This document shows positions 21,871-33,109 of a DNA stretch of 64,000 nucleotides, one piece after another (positions within the stretch are counted from its first letter, which is position 1; the number at the start of each line of letters is the position of its first letter). Origin of the DNA: an uncultured Methanosarcinaceae archaeon (GTDB lineage Archaea; Halobacteriota; Methanosarcinia; Methanosarcinales; Methanosarcinaceae). Location of the stretch: the NCBI GenBank assembly GCA_963847185.1, contig CAWJYV010000008.1:416001-480000 (forward strand), written 5' to 3'. The translations under genes were made by a program, and so were the position numbers. The notes under the pieces are model-generated. The model saw only the letters and a list, made by a program, of their open reading frames with translations, searched no databases and was not told the origin of the DNA.

Positions 21871-22205
21871 CCCGAGTTGCGCCTCGGGAGTACGCTGTCC
21901 TTTTCGCTTCGCTCAAGAGAACTAATTTGGCTTAGAACTCCAAGTTTCTCTTCAGGAGCACGGGGTCTGTTTCGCTATGCTCAAGCAGACTAATTTCTGG
22001 TTTCAGAGTCCCGAATTGCGATTCTGGGTCACAGGGAATCGAAGATTTCCTGGGAGTTGCACTGCAAATGCAATAGCCCACTGCCTGTTTCGCTCACTTC
22101 GCTCGTTCAAGCAGATTAACTTATGGGTTAGGTGTTATTTCTCAAAGAGAACTCATTTATTAAGTTATATCTTTTTCATCCTGAACTGCGCTCGTGAGGA
22201 CTAAT
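21871..22205. repeat. Cluster of REP-like short palindromic repeats
   Basis: GTCCTTTTCGCTTCGCTCAAGAGAACTAAT (21897), GTCTGTTTCGCTATGCTCAAGCAGACTAAT (21965), GCCTGTTTCGCTC...TTCAAGCAGATTAA (22083), partial copies at ~22141 and ~22178. Confidence 0.75.
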
Positions 22206-22274
22206 AACTGGATAAAAAGAAAAAGAAGTGAATGAGGTAAAAAGTTTATATTGTTAAAATAAGTGGATAAAAAA

Positions 22275-22514
22275 TCAGATTTGCTGGATCATTTTTTCCA
22301 CTTTTACTCCGGTTTCGCTGAGGGAGTACATTTCTTCTTTTTTTGTGATTAATTCTTTTTCCCCGAGTTCTTCGAGGGTTTTTGCAATGGTTGGGTATAC
22401 GATTCTTAGAGTTTTTGCAATTCTTTTTCCATCCATCTCCCCTTTTGAAGAAAGTAGGGAGAGCACTTTTTGCCTTACGTTATTTCCATTCACAAAACCT
22501 ATTAACTCGTTCAT
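22275..22514 (-). CDS. Small winged-helix DNA-binding protein
   Basis: RQKVLSLL...IAKTL...TLEELGEKELI...YSLSETG wHTH pattern. Confidence 0.8.
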   Translation of the reverse strand: MNELIGFVNGNNVRQKVLSLLSSKGEMDGKRIAKTLRIVYPTIAKTLEELGEKELITKKEEMYSLSETGVKVEKMIQQI

Positions 22515-23057
22515 CAGGTACCCCCGGTATGTGTTTCATTTAGCGATCAATTTTATACTGGTATATTTATATATTTGAAGTGCATATAATATGCTTCTGT
22601 AGGTTATAGAGAAAGATGGAATTCAAAATATATCTAACTTTTTGCTGGCTAAGAAATGCTTTGTCCGGCAAAAGCGGAGATTTTCAAGGTTTTTCAGGTT
22701 GAGTCTGACATTTTGAGACTTTTAGTCTGGAATAACATAGCATCATGACTCAGTTTTTTCTATGAGATCTGTGTCTTTTACGCAATTTCCGTATGGATAT
22801 TCATTACATTCTATTCACTATACCTCTTTAAACATAAAAATCTAATAAAATCGAAAAAAATTGGAAAAATATAAAGCTTTGGATGGCTTATTATTCTTTT
22901 CAGACTCTTTATCTGTGATCCGAAATTCAGCATAAAGTGCCTGAAAAATACCATTAGGCTTTAATACCTTCATTGATTAGTACTTTATATCTATTCAGTT
23001 ATTTTTGGATGTAAATTACATATACAATGATTACAAATTCGGAGGACATACCAACAA

Positions 23058-23366
23058 ATGAGCAGCGGAATGTGCCCGGTATGCGGGCTTCCAAAAGAAC
23101 TTTGCATATGCGAAGAGGTAGCAAAAGAGCAACAGAGAATTACTGTAAAAGTCAACAGAAGAAGATACGGAAAAGAAGTTACTGTTGTAGAAGGCTTTGA
23201 TGCTAGTGAAATTGATCTTCACGAACTTTCAACTTATCTTAAATCAAAATTTGCATGCGGAGGTACAGTAAAAGGAAATACTGTAGAACTTCAGGGCAAT
23301 CACCTGAGCCGCATGAAAGAAGTCCTCATGGAAAAGGGTTTCTCTGCTGAACAAATTAAAAACTAA
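23058..23366 (+). CDS. Translation initiation factor aIF1 (SUI1/YciH)
   Basis: [36 protein letters not shown]. Confidence 0.96.
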   Translation: MSSGMCPVCGLPKELCICEEVAKEQQRITVKVNRRRYGKEVTVVEGFDASEIDLHELSTYLKSKFACGGTVKGNTVELQGNHLSRMKEVLMEKGFSAEQIKN

Positions 23367-23632
23367 ATTCTAACCAGCTTCTCCAGAGATAAACCGGGCC
23401 TGGAAATTTAAAGTAGCATTTTCAGGTTCGGACTCATTCTCCTGTCAGTTTTCTGATAGCATGCGTTTTCTATGCGGTACATTAAGAGAGAACTGGTCCT
23501 TGAGACATAGTTCTTACTAAAAATTTTCTTCACAAAAACCGTTGTCAATTTATATATTTCATAGGTCGATAAACAGATTTCGTAAATGGTTTAATTTATA
23601 ATCATTAATTTATTTATCCAAGTTGGTCTCTA

Positions 23633-23992
23633 ATGAAAACAACATGTGAAGTTATGGTACAGAAAGTCTTGCCTGCTATCAGGGCTGAGCTTGCCCGGAC
23701 AATGATTTGTGATCATGGATGTACCCAGCAGGACGTAGCGGAGATACTTGAATTGTCAAGAGCTGCCGTATCCCAGTACGTGAGCGAAAAACGTGGGGCT
23801 GAAGTCGATTTCTCTGAAGAGACCCAAAAAGAAATCCGAAAATTCGCATTAGTGCTTCTAGATAAAGACTTATCTTCTCAGGAAAAGGTAAAACACATGT
23901 GCAGTATATGCTGTTTTGTCCAGAAATCAGGCTGGCTGTACAGAAATGCTCCTGAAGTCAAAACCTGCGTCATTTGCAAGGATATGAATTAA
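23633..23992 (+). CDS. HTH transcriptional regulator with Cys-rich C-terminus
   Basis: CEVMVQKVLPAIRAELA...TQQDVAEILELSRAAVSQY..KRG. Confidence 0.85.
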   Translation: MKTTCEVMVQKVLPAIRAELARTMICDHGCTQQDVAEILELSRAAVSQYVSEKRGAEVDFSEETQKEIRKFALVLLDKDLSSQEKVKHMCSICCFVQKSGWLYRNAPEVKTCVICKDMN

Positions 23993-23995
23993 AAG

Positions 23996-25221
23996 TGAAA
24001 GAGACACTATGTATCAAATGCAAAGGGAAAGGACTTTGTGGGCGCCCTCGCTGCCCAATCCTTGAGAAATTTAAATCGTTGCAGTCAATTTCTCCTGCAA
24101 TATCAGGTGATTCTATTTTTGGGGCTTCTCCCCCGGCTCTTTTTGTTGGAAGTTATGGTTATCCCAGGGTTTCTGCAGGTCCCCTTATCCCTCCATTAGT
24201 ACAGGAAAATGAAGCCGCCAGTTTTGAAGAGCCTTCAGCCTGGGCAAATATGCAGATTGAGGATATAATCTCAATGCGTTCCCGCATGGTCAGGGCAAAT
24301 ACGAATCTGCATATAAAAGATGCGCGCAGCAAAGATAATCCCCTTCTTGTTAAGGCTCAGGAACTTGCCCTCTCCAAAAAACCGGTAGATACTGAAGCCT
24401 GGTTTTTTAAAGCTCCAAAACAGGAACTCAAGTTTGATGCCGTTCTCACACCTATGGGCCCCTCAGGCCTGGTAAAAAACTTTGAGCTAGCTGAAAATCC
24501 GAGTGTCCCGAAAAAAGTGGATTACCTGGTCTATGACACTGATGCTCTGGCAAAGGATGCTATTAATGAACTAATAAAAAGTGATGTCTCAAATGAACAT
24601 ATTACACGTTTATTTTCCATAGGTCTGCTAGGGAAAGAACGGAAAATTGTGCCTACCCGCTGGTCAATAACTGCTGTGGACGATCTGGCCGGAAAGGAAC
24701 TTGCAAATCGAATAAAAGACTTTTCCTGGGTTTCTGAAATTCAGCTTTTCAGCGGGACTCATTTCGGGAACCATTTTGAAGTTCTCATCCTTCCCAGAGC
24801 TTATTCTTTCGAACTGATTGAAATCTGGCTCCCCAAAACAGTCTGGTCTGGAGAATCAAGCTGGATTGGAGAAGATAGTGAAGGTTTGGATGGGAAAAAG
24901 GGTTATTCGCCTCTTGCAGGAGGTTATTATGCAGCAAGACTTCCCTTACTTGAGTACCTTGCAGAAATAAAAAAACAGGCTTCCGTTTTCGTGCTCAGGG
25001 AAATATCTCCTGACTACTGGGCTCCTCTTGGAGTCTGGGTTGTTCGAGAGGGCATGAGAAATGCTCTCCGAAATCCTCCGCGAAAATTTGATTCTCTCGA
25101 ATCAGCAGTTTCAGATCTTGCAGGCAGGATAAGCACTCCTAAAACAGAATGGATTCAACAGGCAAAGATGCTTTCCGAATTCCGCTTTCAAACCACTCTG
25201 GATTTCTTTTTTAAAACGTAA
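23996..25221 (+). CDS. nreA: NreA DNA repair protein
   Basis: N-terminal CIKCKGKGLCGRPRCP, VPTRWSITAVDD, PLGVWVVRE, C-terminal PIP box QTTLDFFF; GTG start inferred. Confidence 0.88.
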
Positions 25222-25265
25222 TAAAGTTAAAATTAAAAAAGAGTAAGTAAAAAAACTTACCGCGT

Positions 25266-25979
25266 TTATTCAAATAACTCGGGCACAATGCGCCGGGCGA
25301 CTTCTTCATAAGCTTTAGAAATGTCGCCTTTGTCAAACCTGAATACATCTTTATCCATTGATTGCCCGGTTTTCTTGTCCCAGAACCTGCAGGTATCACA
25401 GGAAATCTCGTCCGCAAGGACAATTTCTCCGTTTATCCTCCCGAATTCCAGCTTAAAATCAGGAAGTACGATCCCCTTTTCATCCAGGTAAGGTATGAGC
25501 AGTTCGTTAATTCTCAGGGCAAATTTCCGGAGTATGGCGAGTTCTTCCTTTGTTGCTATCCCAAGTGCAAGAGCAATATCGTCATTGAGCATGGGGTCTC
25601 CGTACTCGTCGCTTTTAAAATCAAAAACAAGTACAGGAGTTTCGAAAATAGTACCCTCTTTCAATGGATATCTTTTTGTAATTGAGCCTGCGGCAATGTT
25701 CCTGACAATGACTTCAATTTTTATAATATCGACTTTTTTCACAAGCATCTCGATGTCAGAAAGCATTTTGATGAAGTGGGTCTTTATTCCCTCGGCCTCA
25801 AGCATCTCAAACAGCTTTTTTGAGATATGGGCGTTGTAATACCCTTTCCTTTCCATTTCCCCTTTTTTCTCTCCGTTAAATGCAGTGAGACTGTTTCGGA
25901 ATTCGGCAATAAGGGTGTCAGGATCATCTGTCTTATAGATAGTTTTTGCTTTCCCTGAATAGAGCTGTTCTCTTGTCAT
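25266..25979 (-). CDS. purC: SAICAR synthase
   Basis: [39 protein letters not shown]; GAGG RBS before ATG 25979. Confidence 0.97.
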   Translation of the reverse strand: MTREQLYSGKAKTIYKTDDPDTLIAEFRNSLTAFNGEKKGEMERKGYYNAHISKKLFEMLEAEGIKTHFIKMLSDIEMLVKKVDIIKIEVIVRNIAAGSITKRYPLKEGTIFETPVLVFDFKSDEYGDPMLNDDIALALGIATKEELAILRKFALRINELLIPYLDEKGIVLPDFKLEFGRINGEIVLADEISCDTCRFWDKKTGQSMDKDVFRFDKGDISKAYEEVARRIVPELFE

Positions 25980-26460
25980 GCAATGGTCCTCTTTAGGGAT
26001 AATTTGGAATTCCTCAGATGTAGGTATCTTTGGAATGATAGTTTTAATATAGGAGTTACGATAATGCAGAAGTTTTGGTGACGCCATTGTATTTCAGAAT
26101 AGATCGAATGGGTCAATGTTTTTCCGAAAAGAGCATTCACTTTACGGAGACTTTTCGATCATCTCTAAAACCCATGACCGCTCTCTGGAAAATTGAGATC
26201 TTTCTCGGCATTGGCTGAAGCTTTTTCCGAAAACGTCCTCTTAATCCCGGAGAGATAGATTAGATGATAACGCCTTCTGCTAGATAAAGTTATCATCTCT
26301 GTTTGGCTTCCTATTTTCACTGTCGACTGTTTCGCAAATTTTATCATTGAAGAAAGTGAATTATTAGGTTCAGCAACTTAAAAAAAGATTTAAGAACTTG
26401 CCGCATTTGAGTGCCCTACACTTGATAATGGACTAATTAAGCACGCAACGGGTAAAAAAC

Positions 26461-27738
26461 ATGTCAGGCACTATACTAGACATCGTAGAACTTCTGCTTA
26501 CCGCAGAGATCTATAACCGCTATCCTGTACTGGATGTAAACGACCTCCCTAAAAACATTCGGAAAAACTACTGGAGCAGCACAGAAAAAACAGTTCCCAA
26601 ACCCATTACAGCTACATTTATCAGGATTGAAAAACTGTATGGTATGACGGACATCGAAAAAGTCGTAAGGAATGTCCCATTCATAGTTATTGACAAGTCC
26701 CATTTCGAACTTCGCCTGAGCGCTTTCGAACTTGCCGCAGAATGGTTTGAAAAGCAGGAAGGATCTGAGGAAAGGATCGAAAATAATCCTGTCCTGGCCT
26801 ATTACTTTGGAGAAATAAAAAAAGCTCAGGATGCCAATTATGCGCTTGCAAAAGCGAAAATAAGGCCTAAAGAAGTTGATAGAGAGTGGATAGAGTCCCT
26901 TATAGCTGAGATCAAGAAGGAAGACAAAAGCGAAGAAATGCTCAAGCTCGTTATCATTATCGCTCCTGAAGACGTAAAACAGAAAGTAAAGGATCTTGTG
27001 CTAACCAAGGAGCAGGAAAGTGAAGTTGAAAAAATTATGAAGGCAATCAAGCACAGGGAATACCTCCGGGAGATTGGCCTGCATGATATAGGAAAACTTC
27101 TTTTCGTCGGGCCGCCTGGTACTGGAAAAACCTCTGTTGCCCGCGCACTTTCAGAGCAGCTCTCCATCCCCTTTGTTGAAGTCAAGCTCTCCATGATAAC
27201 AGATCAATATCTTGGTGAGACTGCAAAAAACATTGATAGAGTATTCCTGCTTGCAAAGAAATTGAACCCCTGCATACTTTTCATAGATGAACTGGATTTC
27301 GTTGCAAAGGCAAGGACATCTGACGAAAATGCTGCTATCAAGAGGGCAGTCAATACCCTCCTTAAAGCAATAGATGAAATCAGCCTTGTGGAGCATGGGG
27401 TTCTCCTGATTGCAGCAACAAATCATCCCCGTATGCTCGACAGCGCAGCATGGAGGCGTTTTGATGAAATCGTCCACTTCCCTCTTCCTGACATTGAAAT
27501 GCGTAAAAGTATCCTTGATATTGTAACTAAACACATAGAAGGAGATTTTGATACCGCGGAAATTGCGGAACTAACCGACGGTTATTCGGGTTCGGACCTT
27601 CGCATAGTTATCAGAGAAGCTGTCCTGAGCGCTCTTCTGGAAGAACGCAAAGTACTTACCCAGCAGGACCTTCTTGAGGCTGTAAAATCTTTTGATGAAA
27701 GATCTGATCTCAAATCCGAAGAGTACGAGAGGAAGTAA
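26461..27738 (+). CDS. AAA+ ATPase (single classical AAA module)
   Basis: GPPGTGKT, ILFIDELD, AATNHP..LD.AAWRRFD. Confidence 0.93.
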   Translation: MSGTILDIVELLLTAEIYNRYPVLDVNDLPKNIRKNYWSSTEKTVPKPITATFIRIEKLYGMTDIEKVVRNVPFIVIDKSHFELRLSAFELAAEWFEKQEGSEERIENNPVLAYYFGEIKKAQDANYALAKAKIRPKEVDREWIESLIAEIKKEDKSEEMLKLVIIIAPEDVKQKVKDLVLTKEQESEVEKIMKAIKHREYLREIGLHDIGKLLFVGPPGTGKTSVARALSEQLSIPFVEVKLSMITDQYLGETAKNIDRVFLLAKKLNPCILFIDELDFVAKARTSDENAAIKRAVNTLLKAIDEISLVEHGVLLIAATNHPRMLDSAAWRRFDEIVHFPLPDIEMRKSILDIVTKHIEGDFDTAEIAELTDGYSGSDLRIVIREAVLSALLEERKVLTQQDLLEAVKSFDERSDLKSEEYERK

Positions 27739-27743
27739 TAAGC

Positions 27744-28484
27744 ATGAAGTTGACACTGCTCGGGACAGGTGATGCTGTCGGAACCCCTAAAATAGGATGC
27801 ACCTGCCCGACCTGTGAGGACGCCCGGATGGGTGGAAAAAGCCAGCGTCTTCGCTTCTCTATCCTCGTGGAATCCGATAAAGGTAAAATCCTTATTGACA
27901 CTAGCCCGGATCTCAGACAGCAGTTCCTCAGGCAAAACCTTTCCTGCATAGATGGAGTTATCTGGACCCATGGGCATTACGACCATTACTCCGGATTCGG
28001 GGAGTTCTACAGGGTTCAAAATAAAGTTGACGTCTATGGCATTCCCGAAAACCTTGACTATATTAACCAGTATGTTTCTTTCCTTAAACCCAGGTATCAT
28101 TATGTAAAACTCTATGAGCCATTCGAGCTCGTCGGGTTGCAGTTTACTTTATTTAAGGTCGACCATCCTCCTGTGGAAGTTCCTACAGGAGTCATTATTC
28201 GGGAAGGGAATACAAAAGTGGTGGTTACCGGAGACACAAGTCCGGAAATTCCGAAAGCTAGCCTGGAGCTGATGAAAGATCCCGACCTTCTCATTGCCGA
28301 TGCCATAGTCCCGCCTCATATCCATATAAAAAAGCACATGAATTCAAAAGAGGCTATTGAACTTGCAAAGAAACTCAATGCAAAAGAAACAGTTTTAATC
28401 CATCTCAGCCATCTGTTCCGTCCTCATCATATTGAGTCTATATTTTTGCCTCTCGGATATGACGGGCAGGTCTTTGAATTATAA
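27744..28484 (+). CDS. MBL-fold metallohydrolase (PhnP/YcfH-like)
   Basis: LLGTG, CTCPTC, IDTSPDLRQQ, THGHYDH, TGDT, IHLSH. Confidence 0.9.
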   Translation: MKLTLLGTGDAVGTPKIGCTCPTCEDARMGGKSQRLRFSILVESDKGKILIDTSPDLRQQFLRQNLSCIDGVIWTHGHYDHYSGFGEFYRVQNKVDVYGIPENLDYINQYVSFLKPRYHYVKLYEPFELVGLQFTLFKVDHPPVEVPTGVIIREGNTKVVVTGDTSPEIPKASLELMKDPDLLIADAIVPPHIHIKKHMNSKEAIELAKKLNAKETVLIHLSHLFRPHHIESIFLPLGYDGQVFEL

Positions 28485-28649
28485 TACCTATAATACCTTC
28501 TCATGACAGTGAGTATGAGAAGGTCATATGGCACTAATAGATCGGCTTCAACTTTGAATAAGTTAACATGTCAATCTGCTCAAATTTGATAGCAGTTTGT
28601 CTCACTATTTTAGTTCTTGACTTATTTATTTTTTTCAGACTTTTGTTTT

Positions 28650-31600
28650 TCACGTGACTGTTATATATCTAGAGGCGGTTTTAGTGCTGCTTCCATTTGC
28701 GTTTCTTACAGTTAAGGTAACTGTAAATCTTCCTTTTTTAGTATATGTGTGTGAAGCATTTTTGGTTGATAAAGTAACTCCATCTCCAAAATTCCAGACC
28801 CAGGAAGTTGGTGATCCCCTACTATTTTCAGTAAATGCCACCTTTAATGGCGCTTTTCCTGATGTTGGAAATCCTGAGAAAGCAGCAATCGGCCTTTGTG
28901 AAGCAGTCGTTGCTGCCACTTTTATATAACCGGATTTTGTCGCCGTACTGCTACCTGCGGCATTAGTTGCTGTAAGTGTAACCGCATAGGCTCCTGCTGA
29001 AGAATATCTATGTGTTGGATTCTTTACTGTTGAATTTGCTGTGCCGTCTCCGAAATTCCAGTTCCAGGCAGTCGGTGTACCTGTACTTGCGTCAGTAAAT
29101 GTTACACTAAAAGGTGCGGTTCCTGATGCAACATTACTGTTGAAATTTGCAACAGGTTTTTGTGCATCTACTCTAACATAACTGGACTTTCTGACTGCAC
29201 CACTTCCCGCAGAGTTACTTGCTGTGAGTGTTACCGTATAAGTCCCTGCTGATGAATATCTATGTGTTGGATTCTTCACTGTCGAATTTGCTGTGCCGTC
29301 TCCGAAACTCCATCTCCATGAGGTAGGAGAACCTGTACTTGTGTCGCTGAAAGCGACGTTTAATGGCACCGTTCCTGAAGTGGTATTACTACTAAAGTTT
29401 GCAACCGGTCTTTGCACAGGTGCCACTTTTATATAATTGGATTTTGTCGCTGTACTTCTACCTGCAGTATTACTTGCTGTAAGTGTTACCGTGTAATTTC
29501 CTGCTGACGAATATTGATGTGTTGGATTCTTTACTGTTGAATTTGAAGTTCTATCTCCAAAATTCCAGTTCCAGGTAGTTGGCGTGCCTGTACTTGTATC
29601 AGTAAATGTTACACTCAAAGGCACAGTTCCCGAGATCACATTACTGCTGAAGTTTGCAACAGGTTTTTGTGCAGCCACCCTAATATAACTGGACTTTCTG
29701 ACTGCACTACTTCCTGCAGAGTTACTTGCTGTGAGTGTTACTGTGTAACTCCCCACTTTTGAATAGGTATGGGTTGGATTTTTTATTGTTGAGTTTGCAG
29801 TTCCGTCTCCAAAACTCCATTTCCATGAGGTAGGAGAATTTGTACTTGTGTCATTGAAAACAACGTTTAACGGCACTGTTCCTGAAGTTACGTTACTGGT
29901 GAAGCTTGCAACAGGTCTTTGAACTGCTGCAACCCTTATATAACTGGATTTTGACGTTGTATTGCTACCTGCAGAGTTACTTACTGTAAGTATTATTGTG
30001 TAACTTCCTACTTTTGAGTAAGTGTGCGTTGGATTCTTAACTGTTGAATTTACTGTTCCGTCTCCAAAGCTCCATTTCCATGCTGTTGGAGAACCTGTAC
30101 TTGTATCATTAAATGCGACAATTAGTGGTACAGTCCCTGAACTCACATTACTGGCGAAGTTTGCAACAGGTTTCACTGCTGTTACTTTAATGTAATTGTT
30201 TTTTGCTGTTGTATTATTACCTGCAGCATTGCTTACTGTAAGTGCTACTGTATAGTTTCCCGGAATTGAGTAATTATGCGTTGCATTCTTTACTGTCGAA
30301 TTTGTCGTTCCGTCTCCAAATCTCCAATTCCAAGAAGTAGGGGAACCTGTACTGCTATCAATAAATGCTACATTCAGTGGCGATGTTCCTGAGGTAACAT
30401 TACTGCTAAAATTTGCAACAGGTAATTGTGGTTTCTGTTCTTTTGCTGAGACATTGCAAACGTATATGTCGGAGTTTCCATTCCGCCCATCATTCCACAC
30501 TACTCTGTCTTCATAGATTGCAGGATCTCCCTGCCATGATTCATTTGTTGTTGACTGAGTTTCATTAGTGGAAATATTGTAAATGCAGATATCGGCATTT
30601 CCATTACGGTTATCTTTCCATACTATCCTGTCTTCGTAGATGGCAGGATAGTACTGATCGGAGTCATTTGTGGTAATGCGGGTTTCTAGGGATGTAGATA
30701 GATTGTACATGTAGATGTCGAAATTTCCATTTCGGGAGTCCTGCCACACAATTCTATCCTTGTAAATGGCAGGAAGGATCTGATCCGATTTAATTGAGGT
30801 TATCCGCGTTTCATTTGAAGTTATGAGATCGTAAATATAAATGTCCCAGTTTCCATTTCGTTCGTCCTGCCACACAACCCTGTCCCTGTAGATAGCAGGT
30901 TCCACCTGGTCCGATTCATCTGTTGTTATTTCTGTTTCATTTGAAGTTAAGAGATCGTACATATATATGTCAGAGTTTCCATTTCGGTTATCATCCCAGA
31001 TTATTCTGTCCCCGTAGATGGCAGGACTGGATGCCCATGATTCATTTGTGGTAATCTGAGTCTCGCTCGAAGTTGCGAGATTATACACATAGATGTCGGA
31101 GTGCCCATTACGTCCGTCCTGCCACACTATCTTATCGCCGAAAATAGCAGGACTGGATGCCCATGATTCGTTTGTGGTGATTAGGGCTTCTTTGGAAGTT
31201 AAGAAGTTGTACATGTAAACGTCTGTATTTCCATTACGGTTGTCACTCCAGACGATCCTATCTCCGTAGATCGCGGAATCGCACTGATCGGATTCATCGT
31301 TTGTTATCTGGATTTCCGTGAAATTAGGAGCCTGAACGTTATTATTTGTCCGATTTCCGGATTTGGAAGCATAAATTGTGTTTCCATATGCTCCTATGTT
31401 AATTCTGTCTCCGTTGTTTTCCGGTTCTGAAGAGTAATCTGAGAACTTATACCCTGTGTCAATACAGGAGGAACTTATGCTGTCTTTTATCCAGCTGCTT
31501 CCGTTCCAGCGTCCTGCTTTTGACTTTAAATGGTAATCGTTCTTGCTTCGATCTGCATATTCGGGATAAACTTCTATATTTGAAGGTGAGGCCTGAGTGC

Positions 31601-32816
31601 CTTCATAGTTGCTGCCAGTGTTATTATAGAGACAGTTATTCTGCAGGACAAAAGAGTGTGTGCCTGTAAGTAAATTATAAACTCCGTATGCCCCTCCTCC
31701 TGCTGAAGAGAACCTGGTATTTGTTATAATGTTATTTCTTGCCGTAATTATATATCCTGAACCAGGTACTGTTGAATAAGTTTCTTTCTGGGAGATAGCC
31801 GAGCCATAACAGCCATCAAATACGTTATTTTCAGCAAGGACATTAAATCCGCTGGAAACTATTCCTCCTGTTATAGGGCTACTTGTTTTTGTCCCTGTAT
31901 TGTAAATCTGGTTATGGTGAATACTGACATTAGCTGAAGAAAGAGAATAAGAAGGTCCTGATCCGAAAATCCAGATTCCTGCAAGTGCAGTCCTGTATAT
32001 CTTATTGTTGTATACTTCAATATCATTCATTGCAGGTGTTCCGTACTTCTGGATCTCGATTCCTGAGCCTCCAGAGCCTTCGGAAGTAATTGTGTTGTTG
32101 TAGAACTTTGCATGGTTTGAATTGTATAGTCTCAGGCCGCTGTTTGTCCTGCAGCTTATCGTATTATTATAAGCCTCTATATTTGAACAGCTGCTGGCAT
32201 AGAGGCAATCATGTCCAAGCCCATATATTGTGTTGTCGTAATACTCTATATCGGAGCAGCTATCTGTTTTCAGTCCGTCTCCATGATTGTTAGCCAGAGT
32301 CATATCATACACACTTATGTTCTTGCAATAGCCCAGATGAATCAGATTGTAGTAACCTTTCCCGCTAATGACATTGGTATTTCCTTCTCTATTTCCATCA
32401 ATTGAAAAACCCCGGATGGTAATATTACGGCTATTTAAGCTTCTTTCCATTATCAGGGGTTTTGAGACTTCCCAGTTTGCGTTTTTAACAAGCTTGATTG
32501 TTGCATTAGAATCTCCCTCAAGCGTTGTATTGCTGCCGATAAGAAGAGTATCATTTATTGAGTATGTAAACGGGCCTTTGAGGTAGACAGTTGTGTAATT
32601 CGGGTTTTCAGCTACTAATTGAAGAGCTTCATTAATCTGTATATGATCATCTATTCCATCACAGGTGAAATTCCCGCTTTCGTTCGCAGAAAGGTATATA
32701 ATTGTCTCGGAAGCCATACAAAAAGCTAAAGGAGCATTAGCAAGAATAAGGAAACTTACAAAGAAAAAAATTTTTAATTTTCGATTCAATGAACTATCAC
32801 CTGTGAGATTTCTCAA
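28650..32816 (-). CDS. Large surface protein: disaggregatase-like beta-helix, TolB-like propeller and 7 PKD domains
   Basis: CDGIDDHIQINEAL beta-helix start, DYHLKSKAGRW, propeller repeats, seven P(V/I)AxF..WxFGD units. Confidence 0.9.
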   Translation of the reverse strand: MRNLTGDSSLNRKLKIFFFVSFLILANAPLAFCMASETIIYLSANESGNFTCDGIDDHIQINEALQLVAENPNYTTVYLKGPFTYSINDTLLIGSNTTLEGDSNATIKLVKNANWEVSKPLIMERSLNSRNITIRGFSIDGNREGNTNVISGKGYYNLIHLGYCKNISVYDMTLANNHGDGLKTDSCSDIEYYDNTIYGLGHDCLYASSCSNIEAYNNTISCRTNSGLRLYNSNHAKFYNNTITSEGSGGSGIEIQKYGTPAMNDIEVYNNKIYRTALAGIWIFGSGPSYSLSSANVSIHHNQIYNTGTKTSSPITGGIVSSGFNVLAENNVFDGCYGSAISQKETYSTVPGSGYIITARNNIITNTRFSSAGGGAYGVYNLLTGTHSFVLQNNCLYNNTGSNYEGTQASPSNIEVYPEYADRSKNDYHLKSKAGRWNGSSWIKDSISSSCIDTGYKFSDYSSEPENNGDRINIGAYGNTIYASKSGNRTNNNVQAPNFTEIQITNDESDQCDSAIYGDRIVWSDNRNGNTDVYMYNFLTSKEALITTNESWASSPAIFGDKIVWQDGRNGHSDIYVYNLATSSETQITTNESWASSPAIYGDRIIWDDNRNGNSDIYMYDLLTSNETEITTDESDQVEPAIYRDRVVWQDERNGNWDIYIYDLITSNETRITSIKSDQILPAIYKDRIVWQDSRNGNFDIYMYNLSTSLETRITTNDSDQYYPAIYEDRIVWKDNRNGNADICIYNISTNETQSTTNESWQGDPAIYEDRVVWNDGRNGNSDIYVCNVSAKEQKPQLPVANFSSNVTSGTSPLNVAFIDSSTGSPTSWNWRFGDGTTNSTVKNATHNYSIPGNYTVALTVSNAAGNNTTAKNNYIKVTAVKPVANFASNVSSGTVPLIVAFNDTSTGSPTAWKWSFGDGTVNSTVKNPTHTYSKVGSYTIILTVSNSAGSNTTSKSSYIRVAAVQRPVASFTSNVTSGTVPLNVVFNDTSTNSPTSWKWSFGDGTANSTIKNPTHTYSKVGSYTVTLTASNSAGSSAVRKSSYIRVAAQKPVANFSSNVISGTVPLSVTFTDTSTGTPTTWNWNFGDRTSNSTVKNPTHQYSSAGNYTVTLTASNTAGRSTATKSNYIKVAPVQRPVANFSSNTTSGTVPLNVAFSDTSTGSPTSWRWSFGDGTANSTVKNPTHRYSSAGTYTVTLTASNSAGSGAVRKSSYVRVDAQKPVANFNSNVASGTAPFSVTFTDASTGTPTAWNWNFGDGTANSTVKNPTHRYSSAGAYAVTLTATNAAGSSTATKSGYIKVAATTASQRPIAAFSGFPTSGKAPLKVAFTENSRGSPTSWVWNFGDGVTLSTKNASHTYTKKGRFTVTLTVRNANGSSTKTASRYITVT

Positions 32817-33109
32817 TGTCTTTTGATTATCTTTCTAAATATAATTTTTCAGTACGGTATTTAGTATCTGATAATTCTCTCATGTAATCTTATTTTTCCC
32901 AGGTCATTCCTTTAATATGCTGAACTTCAAAATCTGTTAAATACGATTCATTGGAGTATTCACCAGGGAAAATTTGGGATGCATAAACAACTTTGAAGAG
33001 CCAGTATCTTGTGATATTCAAGAGAAATCAAGTTTTATCTCTCGATTTATCCTTCATCTGTCATTTATTTTTGTAATTGTTTTTGTCCTCTCCAGCTTGT
33101 CCCCTCTCA

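Noticed and set aside
21871-22205. CRISPR array
   Set aside because: Repeats are divergent, spacing is irregular and no cas genes are present
25980-26347. N-terminal extension of purC and the 60-aa ORF at 26165-26347
   Set aside because: No recognisable motifs; the SD supports ATG 25979 for purC
32920-33002. Possible MITE end (AACTTTGAAGAGCC)
   Set aside because: No matching opposite terminal repeat found by eye
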